Counted from the stretch's first letter, positions 39,681 through 49,771 are shown. The stretch is 64,000 bases of DNA from an uncultured Verrucomicrobiae bacterium (GCA_963707025.1 CAVPOM010000016.1:96001-160000); one strand, 5' to 3'. The notes: generated by a model not told the origin, from the sequence alone. Numbers and translations are program-made.

Positions 39681-39968
39681 ATGATCGCTAAAATCGCGAA
39701 ACGAAGGGCCATTGGCGTAAACACCCAAACCAGCCGGGAGTTGAGAAACGAACTGGAGGACATTGTGACCTTGCGCGCCCAGGGTTTGCTCAACCAAAGC
39801 GAATACGAGGAGAAGCTCCAGGAAGTTGAGCGTTCTTTGCCTCAAACAGCATGTCTGGCGGAAGTCGCCCTGCCCGGCGGGGGAACCTGTTTTGTTTTGC
39901 GTGAGTCCGGCGCAGGCCGCGTCCTTGCGGCGTTTGAATTTCAGCACGGGCGCCCGGTTGAGAATTAG
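39681..39968 (+). CDS. Small hypothetical protein with SHOCT-like segment
   Basis: GGAGA upstream of ATG; ELEDIVTLRAQGLLNQSEYEEK. Confidence 0.55.
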   Translation: MIAKIAKRRAIGVNTQTSRELRNELEDIVTLRAQGLLNQSEYEEKLQEVERSLPQTACLAEVALPGGGTCFVLRESGAGRVLAAFEFQHGRPVEN

Positions 39969-40380
39969 CCATGACCCTTGCGACGGGGCGGGTATGGCCA
40001 GGATGTGCCGAAATGTCCGCACAGCATCTTCGTTCGCGACAGGAGTTTCCCGGAGGGGCGGTTAAGATGGTACGGGATGCCATTACCGCTCCTCCTGGAG
40101 ATGCAGTCCTTAAGCACTCCCGGCCTCGGGCTTGGCCGAGGGCCTGCGCGGCGAACCGGCAGTTCCAGGCGCTGAGATGAAGGGATCTATTCCCAGCCGG
40201 ATTGCAGATTACATTTGATGCGCTCGCGGGCTTCCGAGGAGAGCACCGGCTGCAATGAAGGCGGCTCGCAGTCCGAAGCGCGCTCTTTGGCCGCCGAGAT
40301 CAGGAATAGTTCCCGCGCACATCACGGCGCCGAGGCACGTTACCCACATTTTCGTCCATGATTAAATCCGCGAAATTCTT

Positions 40381-40420
40381 CGCCCTTTCGGCTTAGATTT
40401 CTCGTATATAATGGTGAATG
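40381..40420 (+). promoter_or_regulatory. Putative ECF-sigma promoter, copy 1
   Basis: CGCCC-N14-TCTCGTAT-N7-TGAATG upstream of the kinase; same spacing as copy 2. Confidence 0.6.
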
Positions 40421-40431
40421 ATTGAATCGCC

Positions 40432-43400
40432 ATGAACGAACCGCCGAACCCCGAAGTTACGGTATTTGCCGGCGCCCTGGAATTGCCCGCAGAGCAACGC
40501 GGCGCGTACTTGGACCAAGCCTGCGCGGGCGAAGCCGCCTTGCGCCGACAGGTCGAAGCCTTGCTCCGGGTGCATGAGGAGGCCGGCAATTTCTTTGATA
40601 AACTGGCACCGGTGGCGCGGGCCGCTTCCACCCGGGAGCTGATGCCTGGTTTGAGCGGCGACGCTCAAATTCCCGGCCTCCTTTCCGAGAAGGCGGGCGA
40701 CCGGATTGGCCGCTACAAACTGCTGCAACAGATTGGCGAAGGCGGTTGCGGCGTGGTCTATATGGCCGAGCAGGAGGAACCGGTCCGCCGGAAAGTAGCC
40801 CTGAAAGTCGTCAAGCTGGGCATGGATACCAAGAATGTCATCGCCCGCTTCGAAGCCGAGCGGCAGGCGTTGGCGTTGATGGACCATCCCAACATCGCCA
40901 AGGTGCTCGAGGCCGGCGCGACGGAAACCGGGAGGCCTTACTTCGTGATGGAACTGGTGCGCGGCATCAAAATCACCGAATATTGTGACGAGGCCAATCT
41001 ATCAACGCGCGAACGGCTTAATCTTTTCCTCCAGGTCTGTCAGGCCATCCAGCACGCGCACCAAAAGGGGGTGATTCATCGCGACATCAAGCCCTCGAAC
41101 ATTTTGGTGGCGGACCACGATGGGATGCCAGTGCCCAAAATCATTGATTTTGGCATTGCCAAGGCGACGACCGACCAGCGGCTGACGGACAAAACAGTCT
41201 TTACCGCCTTTGAGCAGTTTATCGGCACGCCGGCCTACATGAGTCCCGAGCAAGCCAGGCTGAGCGGGCTGGACATAGACACGCGCAGCGACATTTATTC
41301 GCTGGGCGTTCTGCTGTATGAGTTGCTGACCGGCAAGACCCCCTTCGAGGCCAAGCGGTTGCTGGAAGCGGGTTTGGATGAAGTGCGCCGCATCATCCGG
41401 GAAGAGGAGCCGGTGCCGCCTTCGACCAGGCTGCACACGCTGGAGGCGGCGGAACGGACGACGGTGGCCAGGCGCCGCCAATCGGATCCTCCCAAACTGG
41501 TGCATCTGATTCGCGGCGACCTGGACTGGATCGTGATGAAGACGCTGGAGAAGGACCGGAGACGGCGCTACGAGACGGCCAACGGTCTGGCGATGGACAT
41601 TCAGCGGCACTTGGGGAACGAAGCGATCATGGCCCGCCCACCGAGCAGCCTGTATCGGTTTCAGAAACTGGTTCGCCGGAACAAGCTGGCCTTTGGCGCG
41701 GCCGGGGCCGTTGTCCTGGTGCTCTTGCTCGGGGTTGTCGTGAGCGCCTGGCAGGCGGTGCGGGCCACACGCGCGGAGCATGAGCAGAGCCGGTTGCGGG
41801 CCAACGAGGCCCAATTGCGCCAAGAGGCCCAAGCCGCCGAGGCGGGGGCCTTGCAGCAGGCGGAACGGGCGGAAGCGGCCTCCACTGAGACGAGCAGAAC
41901 CCTGTCGGCCTCCGATTTTTTGCAAGCGGTCCGGCTCATGGCCGAAGATAATGCGAATGATGCCTTGCCGTTCCTGGCGCGGAGTCTGTCTGCAAATCCG
42001 AGCAATGCGGCCGCAATGACACGACTGACGACGCTATTGACCTATCAGTCGTGGATGGCGCCCAGTTTGATTTTGAAGCCAACGGGCGAGCTGAAATCGG
42101 CCCAATTCAGTCCGGACGGAAGCCGCATTCTCACGGTCGCCGGCAGCGAGGCCCGCGTCTGGGACGCGCAGACCGGGCGGCCGGTGAGCGAGGAGATGAA
42201 GCACCGCATGGCCATTCAATCGGCCCAATTCAGTCTGGATGGGAAACGGATTGTGACCGCTTCAATGGACAAGACAGCCCGGGTGTGGGATGCGCAGACC
42301 GGCCAGCCTCTGACGGATCCTATGACCCACAGTAATGGGGTGGCATCCGCCGATTTCAGCATGGATGGAATGCGAATTCTCACGACTGCATTCGACGCCA
42401 CAGCCCGCGTCTGGGACGCGCAGACCGGTGAGCCCCTGACAGATCCCATGAAGCATCCCGACATCAAAGACTCGAGCAATAATTCTGCGAAAGGGTCTGG
42501 AAATGTGTACAGTCAAAACGTAGTGGGCTACATGCACACCGAGGACGGACGAACCGAGATGTTGAGTCTCAAGTCCATGCGCGCCCAATTTAGTCCCGAT
42601 GGGAAGCGAATCGTGACCACGACGGACAAGACAGTGTTTGTCTGGGACGTGCAGGCGGGCAAGCCGCTGACAGAACCTCTAAAACACGGCAGCGCCGTTC
42701 TCTCAGCGCAGTTCAGTTCCGATGGGAGGTGGATTGTCACGGCTTCCGCGGACGGAACAACTCGTGTCTGGGATGCACAGACCGGCCAGCCGCTGGCCAA
42801 GCCTTTAGAACACCGCCAGCCGCTGCTATCAGCGCGATTCAGTCCGGATGGGAAGCGGTCGGTCCCGGCTCCGTCGGCAAGAATCGTTTGCGTATGGGAT
42901 GCGCAGAGCGGCCAGGTGCTTGCGCAGCCTGTTAGGGACGTCACGTCGCACCAATTCAGCCCGGATGGCACGCGCATTGTCACTGTTTCGCCGGACAACA
43001 GCGCCGGCGTGTGGAACAAAGAAATTGGCGAAGCGCTGCCCAGCCCCATCAAAAACCGATCCCGTGTGACCTCAGCCGAATTCAGTCCCGACGGGAAGCG
43101 CATCGTCACCGCTTCGCGGGATAAGACAGCTCGCGTGTGGGATGCACAGACGGGCCAGCCCCTGACCGAGCCGATGGCACACGGCCACTGGGTGAACTCA
43201 GCACACTTCAGTCCCGACGGGAAACGAATTGTCACCGCTTCGCGGGACAAGACAGCCCGGGTGTGGGATGCGCAAAGCGGCCAGCCCCTGACTGAGGCTT
43301 TGCAACACAGTAATTCGGTGGCATCGGCCGAATTCAGTCCGGATGGGAAACGGATTGTCACCGCTTCGGAGGACGGAGCCCGGGTGTGGGATGCGCAGAC

Positions 43401-45081
43401 GGGCCAGCCCTTGACCGAGCTTATGACCTACGGCCAATCGGCGTCGGAGGACGGCACCCGCCTGTGGAGTGGGAGCAGATCAGCACACTTCAGTCCCGAC
43501 GGGAAACGAATTGTCACCGCTTCGGGCTTTGGAGCCAGGGTGTGGGATGCGCAGACGGGCCAACCCGTGGCCGAGCCTGTGACACACGGCCACTGGGTGA
43601 ACTCAGCAAACTTCAGTCCCGACGGCAAGGCCTTTGTCACCGCTTCGCAGGACAAGACCGCCCGGGTGTGGGATGCACAGACTGGTCAGCCCCTGACCGA
43701 GCCATTGAAACACGGTGGCAGCCTTGGTTCAGCCCAATTCAGTCCGGATGGGAAGCGGATTGTCACCACTTCGTACGACGCGACAGCCCGCGTGTGGGAT
43801 GCGCGGAGCGGCCAGCCGCTGACCGAGCCGCTGAAACACAACCAGGGAGTGGAGTCAGCGCAGTTCAGTTCTGACGGGAAGCGGATCGTCACGGCCGCGT
43901 GGGACGAGACCGCGCGGGTGTGGGATGCGCAGACGGGCCAGCCCCTGACTGAGCCTTTGAAACTCGCCGGCGTGGGCGCAGCCCACTTTGATCCCGACGG
44001 GAAGCGAATCGTCGCCGCTTCGGGCCGCGTCTGGGACCTCGCGCCAACGCCAGCGAGATTTCCAGATTGGTTAATTCAGCTTAGTGAAGCCATTTCCGGA
44101 CAGGTGCTCAACCAACAGGGTATCTTGGAGCCGACGAGACTGAACCGCATCGAAACCATCAACCGGATTCGACAGAAACTGGACCAGGACGCGGGCAACG
44201 ACGATTGGGTCATGTGGGGGCGCTGGCTGCTGGCCGATCGCGCCACCAGAACCATCTCTCCCTTTTCCAAAATCACGGTTCCCGAGTACATCGGGGATCG
44301 GATCCAAGAGGACACCGTTGAATCCCTGGCCGAGGCGGAGCAGTTGGCCTATGAAAACGGCGAGCCGGCACAGCTCATCCGGCAGGCTCACCAGGCACTG
44401 GAGCAAGCCGAGGAACGAAAGTACCAGATCGCGTCGCTGCAATCAGACGCGACTGGCCACGCCCGCGCCGGTCGGTGGACAAATGCGATTGCGGCCTTTT
44501 CAAAGCTGATCGAGTTGGACCCAACAAACCACTACTTTTACCACTCGCTCGCGCCGCTCCTGGTTCAGAACGCTGACCTGGAAGGCTACCGCCGTCATTG
44601 CGCGCGGATGCTGGCCCGATTCGGCGGGACCAGCGACGCCGTCATCGCAGAACGGCTGGCCAAGGATTGCCTGATCCTGTCTTCTTCCGGCGTGGACCTT
44701 GGAGCCGTCGGCCAATTGGCTGAGACTGCCGTGAAGGATTCGGAGTGCTTTGAAACCAAAGGATTGGTGGAATATCGCCAGGGACACTTTACTGAGGCGG
44801 CGGCGTGGGCAGGCAAAGCCATTGACAAGAAGTCATCCCAGGCAACCCAGTATCTTGAAGCTTACATGGTTTTGGCCATGACCAAGCATCAAATGAACCA
44901 AATGGAGGAAGCGCGCGCGGCCTTGGCCAAGGGGCTTGCGATTGAAGAAAAGGAATTGCCGCAACTGGACAGCGGCGACCTCGGCCACGACTGGCTGGAC
45001 TGGATCATCGCGCACGCCCTCCTGAAAGAAGCCCGGGGGCTGATTGAAGGCAGCTCGAAAGCGGGCGACGAGATAAAGTGA
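40432..45081 (+). CDS. Ser/Thr protein kinase with TM helix, ~15 WD40 repeats and TPR-like C-terminus
   Basis: GEGGCGVV, VALK, HRDIKPSN, DFG, GTPAYMSPE, DIYSLG; TM segment; 15 F(S/D)xDG..VWDAQTG units. Confidence 0.96.
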   Translation: MNEPPNPEVTVFAGALELPAEQRGAYLDQACAGEAALRRQVEALLRVHEEAGNFFDKLAPVARAASTRELMPGLSGDAQIPGLLSEKAGDRIGRYKLLQQIGEGGCGVVYMAEQEEPVRRKVALKVVKLGMDTKNVIARFEAERQALALMDHPNIAKVLEAGATETGRPYFVMELVRGIKITEYCDEANLSTRERLNLFLQVCQAIQHAHQKGVIHRDIKPSNILVADHDGMPVPKIIDFGIAKATTDQRLTDKTVFTAFEQFIGTPAYMSPEQARLSGLDIDTRSDIYSLGVLLYELLTGKTPFEAKRLLEAGLDEVRRIIREEEPVPPSTRLHTLEAAERTTVARRRQSDPPKLVHLIRGDLDWIVMKTLEKDRRRRYETANGLAMDIQRHLGNEAIMARPPSSLYRFQKLVRRNKLAFGAAGAVVLVLLLGVVVSAWQAVRATRAEHEQSRLRANEAQLRQEAQAAEAGALQQAERAEAASTETSRTLSASDFLQAVRLMAEDNANDALPFLARSLSANPSNAAAMTRLTTLLTYQSWMAPSLILKPTGELKSAQFSPDGSRILTVAGSEARVWDAQTGRPVSEEMKHRMAIQSAQFSLDGKRIVTASMDKTARVWDAQTGQPLTDPMTHSNGVASADFSMDGMRILTTAFDATARVWDAQTGEPLTDPMKHPDIKDSSNNSAKGSGNVYSQNVVGYMHTEDGRTEMLSLKSMRAQFSPDGKRIVTTTDKTVFVWDVQAGKPLTEPLKHGSAVLSAQFSSDGRWIVTASADGTTRVWDAQTGQPLAKPLEHRQPLLSARFSPDGKRSVPAPSARIVCVWDAQSGQVLAQPVRDVTSHQFSPDGTRIVTVSPDNSAGVWNKEIGEALPSPIKNRSRVTSAEFSPDGKRIVTASRDKTARVWDAQTGQPLTEPMAHGHWVNSAHFSPDGKRIVTASRDKTARVWDAQSGQPLTEALQHSNSVASAEFSPDGKRIVTASEDGARVWDAQTGQPLTELMTYGQSASEDGTRLWSGSRSAHFSPDGKRIVTASGFGARVWDAQTGQPVAEPVTHGHWVNSANFSPDGKAFVTASQDKTARVWDAQTGQPLTEPLKHGGSLGSAQFSPDGKRIVTTSYDATARVWDARSGQPLTEPLKHNQGVESAQFSSDGKRIVTAAWDETARVWDAQTGQPLTEPLKLAGVGAAHFDPDGKRIVAASGRVWDLAPTPARFPDWLIQLSEAISGQVLNQQGILEPTRLNRIETINRIRQKLDQDAGNDDWVMWGRWLLADRATRTISPFSKITVPEYIGDRIQEDTVESLAEAEQLAYENGEPAQLIRQAHQALEQAEERKYQIASLQSDATGHARAGRWTNAIAAFSKLIELDPTNHYFYHSLAPLLVQNADLEGYRRHCARMLARFGGTSDAVIAERLAKDCLILSSSGVDLGAVGQLAETAVKDSECFETKGLVEYRQGHFTEAAAWAGKAIDKKSSQATQYLEAYMVLAMTKHQMNQMEEARAALAKGLAIEEKELPQLDSGDLGHDWLDWIIAHALLKEARGLIEGSSKAGDEIK

Positions 45082-45659
45082 GCGACGTGACCCGCATTCT
45101 TGACTCCATCCAGCACGGCGACCGGAAGGCCGCCGATGAGTTGTTGCCGCTGGTCTATGCGGAATTGCGCAAGCTGGCGGCATATAAAATGGCTCACCTT
45201 GCGGCGGGTCACACGCTCCAGCCCACCGCCCTGGTGCATGAGGTCTGGCTGCGCCTGGCCGGCAGCGACAACCCGACCTTTGAAAATCGCGCCCATTTCT
45301 TCGCCGCCGCCGCCGAGGCCATGCGCCATCTTCTCATTGACAACGCCCGCCGCAGACTGGCCCGCCGTCACGGCGGCGGCCTGCAGCGGGTGGATTTTGA
45401 AAACGTGGACATCGCCATGCCCGCCGACGAGGACCATCTCCTGGCTGTCAATGACGCGCTCGACCAACTGGCCGCGCGCAGCCCGGTCGAGGCCCAGGTT
45501 GTCAAATTGCGTTTCTTCGTCGGCATGACCGTCGCGGAATCGGGCGAAGTTCTGGGCCTGTCCGAACGCACCATCAAGCAATACTGGTCTCACGCCAAGA
45601 CCTGGCTCTACCGCGAAATTCAGAGCAAGTCGGGAGGGGCGGCCCCCGGGAGTCCCTAA
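45078..45659 (+). CDS. ECF sigma factor (TIGR02999-type)
   Basis: ELLPLVYAELRKLA, TLQPTALVHE, RAHFF, MRHLLIDNAR, VVKLRFFVG, SERTIK.YW; GTGA overlap with the kinase. Confidence 0.93.
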   Translation: MSDVTRILDSIQHGDRKAADELLPLVYAELRKLAAYKMAHLAAGHTLQPTALVHEVWLRLAGSDNPTFENRAHFFAAAAEAMRHLLIDNARRRLARRHGGGLQRVDFENVDIAMPADEDHLLAVNDALDQLAARSPVEAQVVKLRFFVGMTVAESGEVLGLSERTIKQYWSHAKTWLYREIQSKSGGAAPGSP

Positions 45660-45700
45660 CAGCCTGAGGCGCGCTCTTTTTGGCCTTGCTTAAATCAATC

Positions 45701-45740
45701 CGCCCCTTTTTCCGTGCAATCTCGTATGTCCTTCTGAATG
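45701..45740 (+). promoter_or_regulatory. Putative ECF-sigma promoter, copy 2
   Basis: CGCCC-N14-TCTCGTAT-N7-TGAATG upstream of the NHL exoprotein gene. Confidence 0.6.
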
Positions 45741-45791
45741 GGCGGAACGACCCATTTCTCAACAATGAAGCTTAAATTGGAAGGCAACATT

Positions 45792-48692
45792 ATGAATGAC
45801 TTGAACAATTCCCGAAATCTGGCGGCGCGTTCAGGCGCCGGTTGGTTCCGTGCATGTCGCGGCGTAGCTTCAGCGCGAAGCTGGATCCTGTTGCTGCTGG
45901 TCGGCTGGCTGGCCTTGGTGACGCCGCTGCGCGCGGATAATCCACCGACATTTTTGTTTGAGATTGATTCTTCTGCCGTGCCCGGCGGATTTAATCCCTG
46001 CGGCGTGGCGCTGGACAGCAGCAATAATGTGTATGTGACCGACGACTTGAATAACCGAGTTGTAAAATTCACCGCCCGGGGCACGTATCTCACGCAATGG
46101 GGCAGTTCTGGCAGCGGCAACGGCCAGCTCGAAAATCCCCAAGGCATTGCGGTGGACAAGAGCAACAATGTCTATGTGGCCGATTCGGGCAATAAACGCA
46201 TAGAGAAGTTCGATAGCGGCGGGAACTATCTTACGCAATGGGGAAGCAGCGGCAGCGGCAACGGCCAGTTCGCGGGTCCCAATGGCGTTGCGGTGGACGG
46301 CGGCAACAACGTGTATGTCACCGACAACTACAACCATCGCATCGAGAAGTTCGATGCCAACGGTTCGTATCTGACACAATGGGGCAGTGATGGCACCGGC
46401 TTCGGCCAATTCGCTGATCTGGAAGGTATTGCGGTGGACAGCAGCAGCAACGTTTATGTGGCCGACGGCAGCAACAACCGCGTTGAGAAGTTCGACAGCA
46501 ATGGCGGCTATCTGACGCAGTGGGGCGGTAACGGAACCAACAACGGCCAGTTCAATGGCCCCGCAGGCATTGCGGTGGACAGCAGCAACAATGTCTATGT
46601 GATTGATAGCGGCAACTACCGCGTTGAGAAATTCGCCACCAATGGCAACTATCTGGCGCAATGGGGCAGTTTTGGAAACGGCAACGGCCAGTTCTTGTAT
46701 CTTGCCGGCATTGCGGCGGACAGCACCGGGAACTATATTTATGTGGCTGATTTTGACTATAATAACGAAATTGCAATCGGTCGGATTCAGATTTTCGTCA
46801 ATAATGCGAACATCGTCCCGCCCGTTATTACCAACCAGCCTGTGAGCCAAACTGTTCCGGCGGGAATCAATGTCACTTTTAATATCAGCGTTGTTGGGGC
46901 AGCGCCATTGGCCTACGAGTGGATCTCCAATAATATCGCCGTGGCCGACGCAACCAACGCCACTTTAACGCTGAGCAACGTCAGTCTCTCCGCCTCCGGC
47001 GCTTATTCCGTGACGGTTACCAACAACTTTGGCAGCGAGTGGAGCAGCGATGCTGCGCTCACCGTTTTGCCAGCCTTGGTGACGACGCTGCCGGCCAGCG
47101 GCCTTTCCGCCACTGGCGCGGTGCTGAACGGTTCGGTAACGGTCGGCCCGGAAGAAACGGTCGTCTGGTTTGATTGGGGCACCGATACCAATTATGGGAA
47201 TATCGCCGGAGCGGCCGTCGTGCCGGGCAACAATGGAAGCAACAATGTCAGCGCGGCGTTGAATGGATTAAGCGGGAATTTCTATCACTGCCGGCTCGAT
47301 GCCGCGAATGATTTTGGAATTGTTTATGGCGACGACCAAGTGTTCACCGTCGGCTTCATTCCCAGCGCAACGACGCTTCCCCCGACGAATGGTGCGAATG
47401 GCGCGACCTTGGAGGCCGTTGTCAACCCAGAAGGATGGGACACGACAGTTTATTTTAAATGGGAAACTCCGACCCTTACCAATACAACACCCAGCATGGA
47501 TATAGGCGCCGGTGCCGCGTCGTTGAATGTCAGCAGTTTCGTCCCCGGCCTGGCTTCGTCCACACCCTACAAATACCAGATAGTGGCTTGGAATGCTCTG
47601 GGCGGAGCAGTTGGGAAGGCCGCCTTCGGGGACCCGGACCAACACCATTACTTCTTCAGTGGGGCGGAGACGAATATCACTCTGAGCCCAGGCACTTACA
47701 TTATCACTGCTTACGGCGCTCCGGGCGGCGACAGTTACAATAGCAGCTACCGCTACTCTGCTGGCGGCAGCGGAGCCGAAATGAGCGGGGAATTTATCTT
47801 CTCAACGTCCACGACCCTCACGCTCCAGGTGGGTGGCGCAGGGGGCGGCTACTACAACTACTACGGAGGAGGAGGAGGAGGAGGAGGCAGCTTTGTTGTC
47901 GAAGGCAGCAGACCGCTGGTCATCGCAGGCGGTGGCGGCGGCGGCGGCGACTACTACGGCATCGTAGGCAACGGCAACGTCAGCACCAACGGCGGCGGAG
48001 GGGGCGGCTACTACTACCACTACGGCGCTGGCGCTGGCGGCGCTGGCGGCACTAACGGTGGCGGCGGCGGCATCGGCATCGGCATGGGCTACTTCGGTGC
48101 CGGCTTTGGCCCCAACTACATCTACGGCGGCGGCGGCGGCGGCGGATTCCTAGGCGACGGCGAACTCCCTGGCATCGGTGGTTCTAGTTTTGAAAACGGC
48201 GGCATGGGCGGCGGCGTCGGTTACTATGACGCCGGCGGCGGCTTCGGCGGCGGCGGCGGCGGTGGTGACGACGGTGCCCCTGGCGGTGGCGGCGGCTATA
48301 GCGGCGGTGGTGGTGGCGGCTATTATGGCCGCTACCAACCAGGCTACGGCGGCGGTGGGGGCTCAATCATTGACTCAACTGCAATAGTGAATCTCGCCGA
48401 GGTTTCCCCCACTTACAGCCCAGACGACCCAGCCAATGGCGAGATTATTATTACCGCAGTTCCCACACCCCTAGTCATCACCACCCACGCGGCGCTTGGC
48501 TTCACGAACGGAGCGTTTGGCTTTAGCGTGATCGGCCCGTCCGGCTCCAACCTGGTCATTCAGGCCAGCACGGACCTGCAAACCTGGATTCCGCTGCAAA
48601 CCAATCTGCTCGGGAGCGGGCCGTTCTATTTCTCCGATTCAAACTCCCCCGCCAACGTCCGGCGTTTCTACCGCACCAAAATATCGCCCTAA
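45792..48692 (+). CDS. Secreted protein: 6 NHL repeats, Ig domain, FN3-like modules, glycine-rich domain, C-terminal FYR domain
   Basis: Signal peptide ...TPLRA; GIAVDSSNNVYV.D..N.RVEKF x6; PVITNQP..GAYSVTVTN; poly-Gly tracts; ends RRFYRTKISP. Confidence 0.9.
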   Translation: MNDLNNSRNLAARSGAGWFRACRGVASARSWILLLLVGWLALVTPLRADNPPTFLFEIDSSAVPGGFNPCGVALDSSNNVYVTDDLNNRVVKFTARGTYLTQWGSSGSGNGQLENPQGIAVDKSNNVYVADSGNKRIEKFDSGGNYLTQWGSSGSGNGQFAGPNGVAVDGGNNVYVTDNYNHRIEKFDANGSYLTQWGSDGTGFGQFADLEGIAVDSSSNVYVADGSNNRVEKFDSNGGYLTQWGGNGTNNGQFNGPAGIAVDSSNNVYVIDSGNYRVEKFATNGNYLAQWGSFGNGNGQFLYLAGIAADSTGNYIYVADFDYNNEIAIGRIQIFVNNANIVPPVITNQPVSQTVPAGINVTFNISVVGAAPLAYEWISNNIAVADATNATLTLSNVSLSASGAYSVTVTNNFGSEWSSDAALTVLPALVTTLPASGLSATGAVLNGSVTVGPEETVVWFDWGTDTNYGNIAGAAVVPGNNGSNNVSAALNGLSGNFYHCRLDAANDFGIVYGDDQVFTVGFIPSATTLPPTNGANGATLEAVVNPEGWDTTVYFKWETPTLTNTTPSMDIGAGAASLNVSSFVPGLASSTPYKYQIVAWNALGGAVGKAAFGDPDQHHYFFSGAETNITLSPGTYIITAYGAPGGDSYNSSYRYSAGGSGAEMSGEFIFSTSTTLTLQVGGAGGGYYNYYGGGGGGGGSFVVEGSRPLVIAGGGGGGGDYYGIVGNGNVSTNGGGGGGYYYHYGAGAGGAGGTNGGGGGIGIGMGYFGAGFGPNYIYGGGGGGGFLGDGELPGIGGSSFENGGMGGGVGYYDAGGGFGGGGGGGDDGAPGGGGGYSGGGGGGYYGRYQPGYGGGGGSIIDSTAIVNLAEVSPTYSPDDPANGEIIITAVPTPLVITTHAALGFTNGAFGFSVIGPSGSNLVIQASTDLQTWIPLQTNLLGSGPFYFSDSNSPANVRRFYRTKISP

Positions 48693-48758
48693 AGCCTGAT
48701 GTTCTGATGTTGCTCGGGTTCGTACAATGAAAATGAATTTCAACAAAAAGGCTCCATT

Positions 48759-48990
48759 ATGATTGATCCGAATCCTTCCCGAAATCTGGCGGTGCGCCCG
48801 AATGCGGCAGGCTCGCTCTGGCTCCTGTCATTGATGGTCTGTTGCGCCGCCGCACCCCTTGCCACCCGCGCCGCCACGCTCTACGTCTGGCTGGGCAGCC
48901 CAAGTCCGGAGCCACCGTATGGCGACTAGGGCGGACCGCCTGGCGGCGAGGTGGCGCAGAGCACGCTGAACAACTGCATCGTCAATTGCC
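48759..48990 (+). pseudogene. Internally deleted secreted beta-helix protein
   Basis: MIDPNPSRNLA...ATRAATLYVWLGSPSPEPPYGD*(TAG 48927-48929), continuing in frame to ...STLNNCIV; leader tcccgaaatctggcgg is shared with the gene at 45792. Confidence 0.7.
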
Positions 48991-48991
48991 G

Positions 48992-49771
48992 CTATAACAA
49001 GGCCAGTTGCCGCTGGTTCTTGCCTTTCTGCCTATGCCGTTCGGAGAACTCATTGAGAAGTTCCAATTCTCGTTCGATCACGGTGCGCTCAAACGGATGC
49101 GTCCGGGCCGTAAACTGCGATTGCAGCCAGAGCACCAAACCGTCTTGTGCTTCCCAAATGAATGCGGCCAGTGCCTTGGCAACTTCTCTCGCTGAATTGC
49201 CAAAATGGATCGCCGCCTGTTCCGCAAACCTGCCCTGTGCCCAACCTGCCGGAAGTTCGCCGAAGGCACGGCTTGGATTTATGGCCAGCCACAACAGACA
49301 AGCCAGCGTCCTGTGCAGATGACGCGCCTGGCCGCCCAGAGGCCCATAGCGTTGCCAGCCTGGCTCCGGCACGTCCGTTACGGCCAGTTCCAATCGTTCC
49401 TCCACCTGCCGCCAAACCAGGAATCTTGTTTTCCCCGGCCAGACCCCGGCCCGATTGAACGGGGGCTTGAGCGAACGGAGAAGTTTGGATTCAAGCCGGA
49501 GGGCGGCTGATTCACCGGGGCAAAACTGAAACTCGATTCGCGCCACTTCCCGGACCATTCTGAGATGGCGCCGGGGCATCCGGTCGGGATTGGCCAGCCG
49601 ATAGTATTGCAGGCGTTGCTTAAGATTCCTGGCCTTGCCCACATAGAGCACCTGGTCCGCTGCGTCGCGCATCAGATACACACCCGGGTGTTGAGGAGCC
49701 TCACGGAAGAACCTTTGGCCCAACTGTTGGTCAAGCGGTTTCGGGTCGGGAATAAGGAGCAACTGGCTCAT
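48992..49771 (-). CDS. GIY-YIG endonuclease (UvrC/Cho N-terminal type)
   Basis: PGVYLMRD...LYVGKARNLKQRLQYY, ALRLESKLL, PPFN. Confidence 0.88.
   Translation of the reverse strand: MSQLLLIPDPKPLDQQLGQRFFREAPQHPGVYLMRDAADQVLYVGKARNLKQRLQYYRLANPDRMPRRHLRMVREVARIEFQFCPGESAALRLESKLLRSLKPPFNRAGVWPGKTRFLVWRQVEERLELAVTDVPEPGWQRYGPLGGQARHLHRTLACLLWLAINPSRAFGELPAGWAQGRFAEQAAIHFGNSAREVAKALAAFIWEAQDGLVLWLQSQFTARTHPFERTVIERELELLNEFSERHRQKGKNQRQLALL

Noticed and set aside
42090..46760. WD40 and NHL nucleotide repeats as CRISPR or DGR template/variable repeats
   Set aside because: In-frame protein repeats; no reverse transcriptase and no non-coding template seen.
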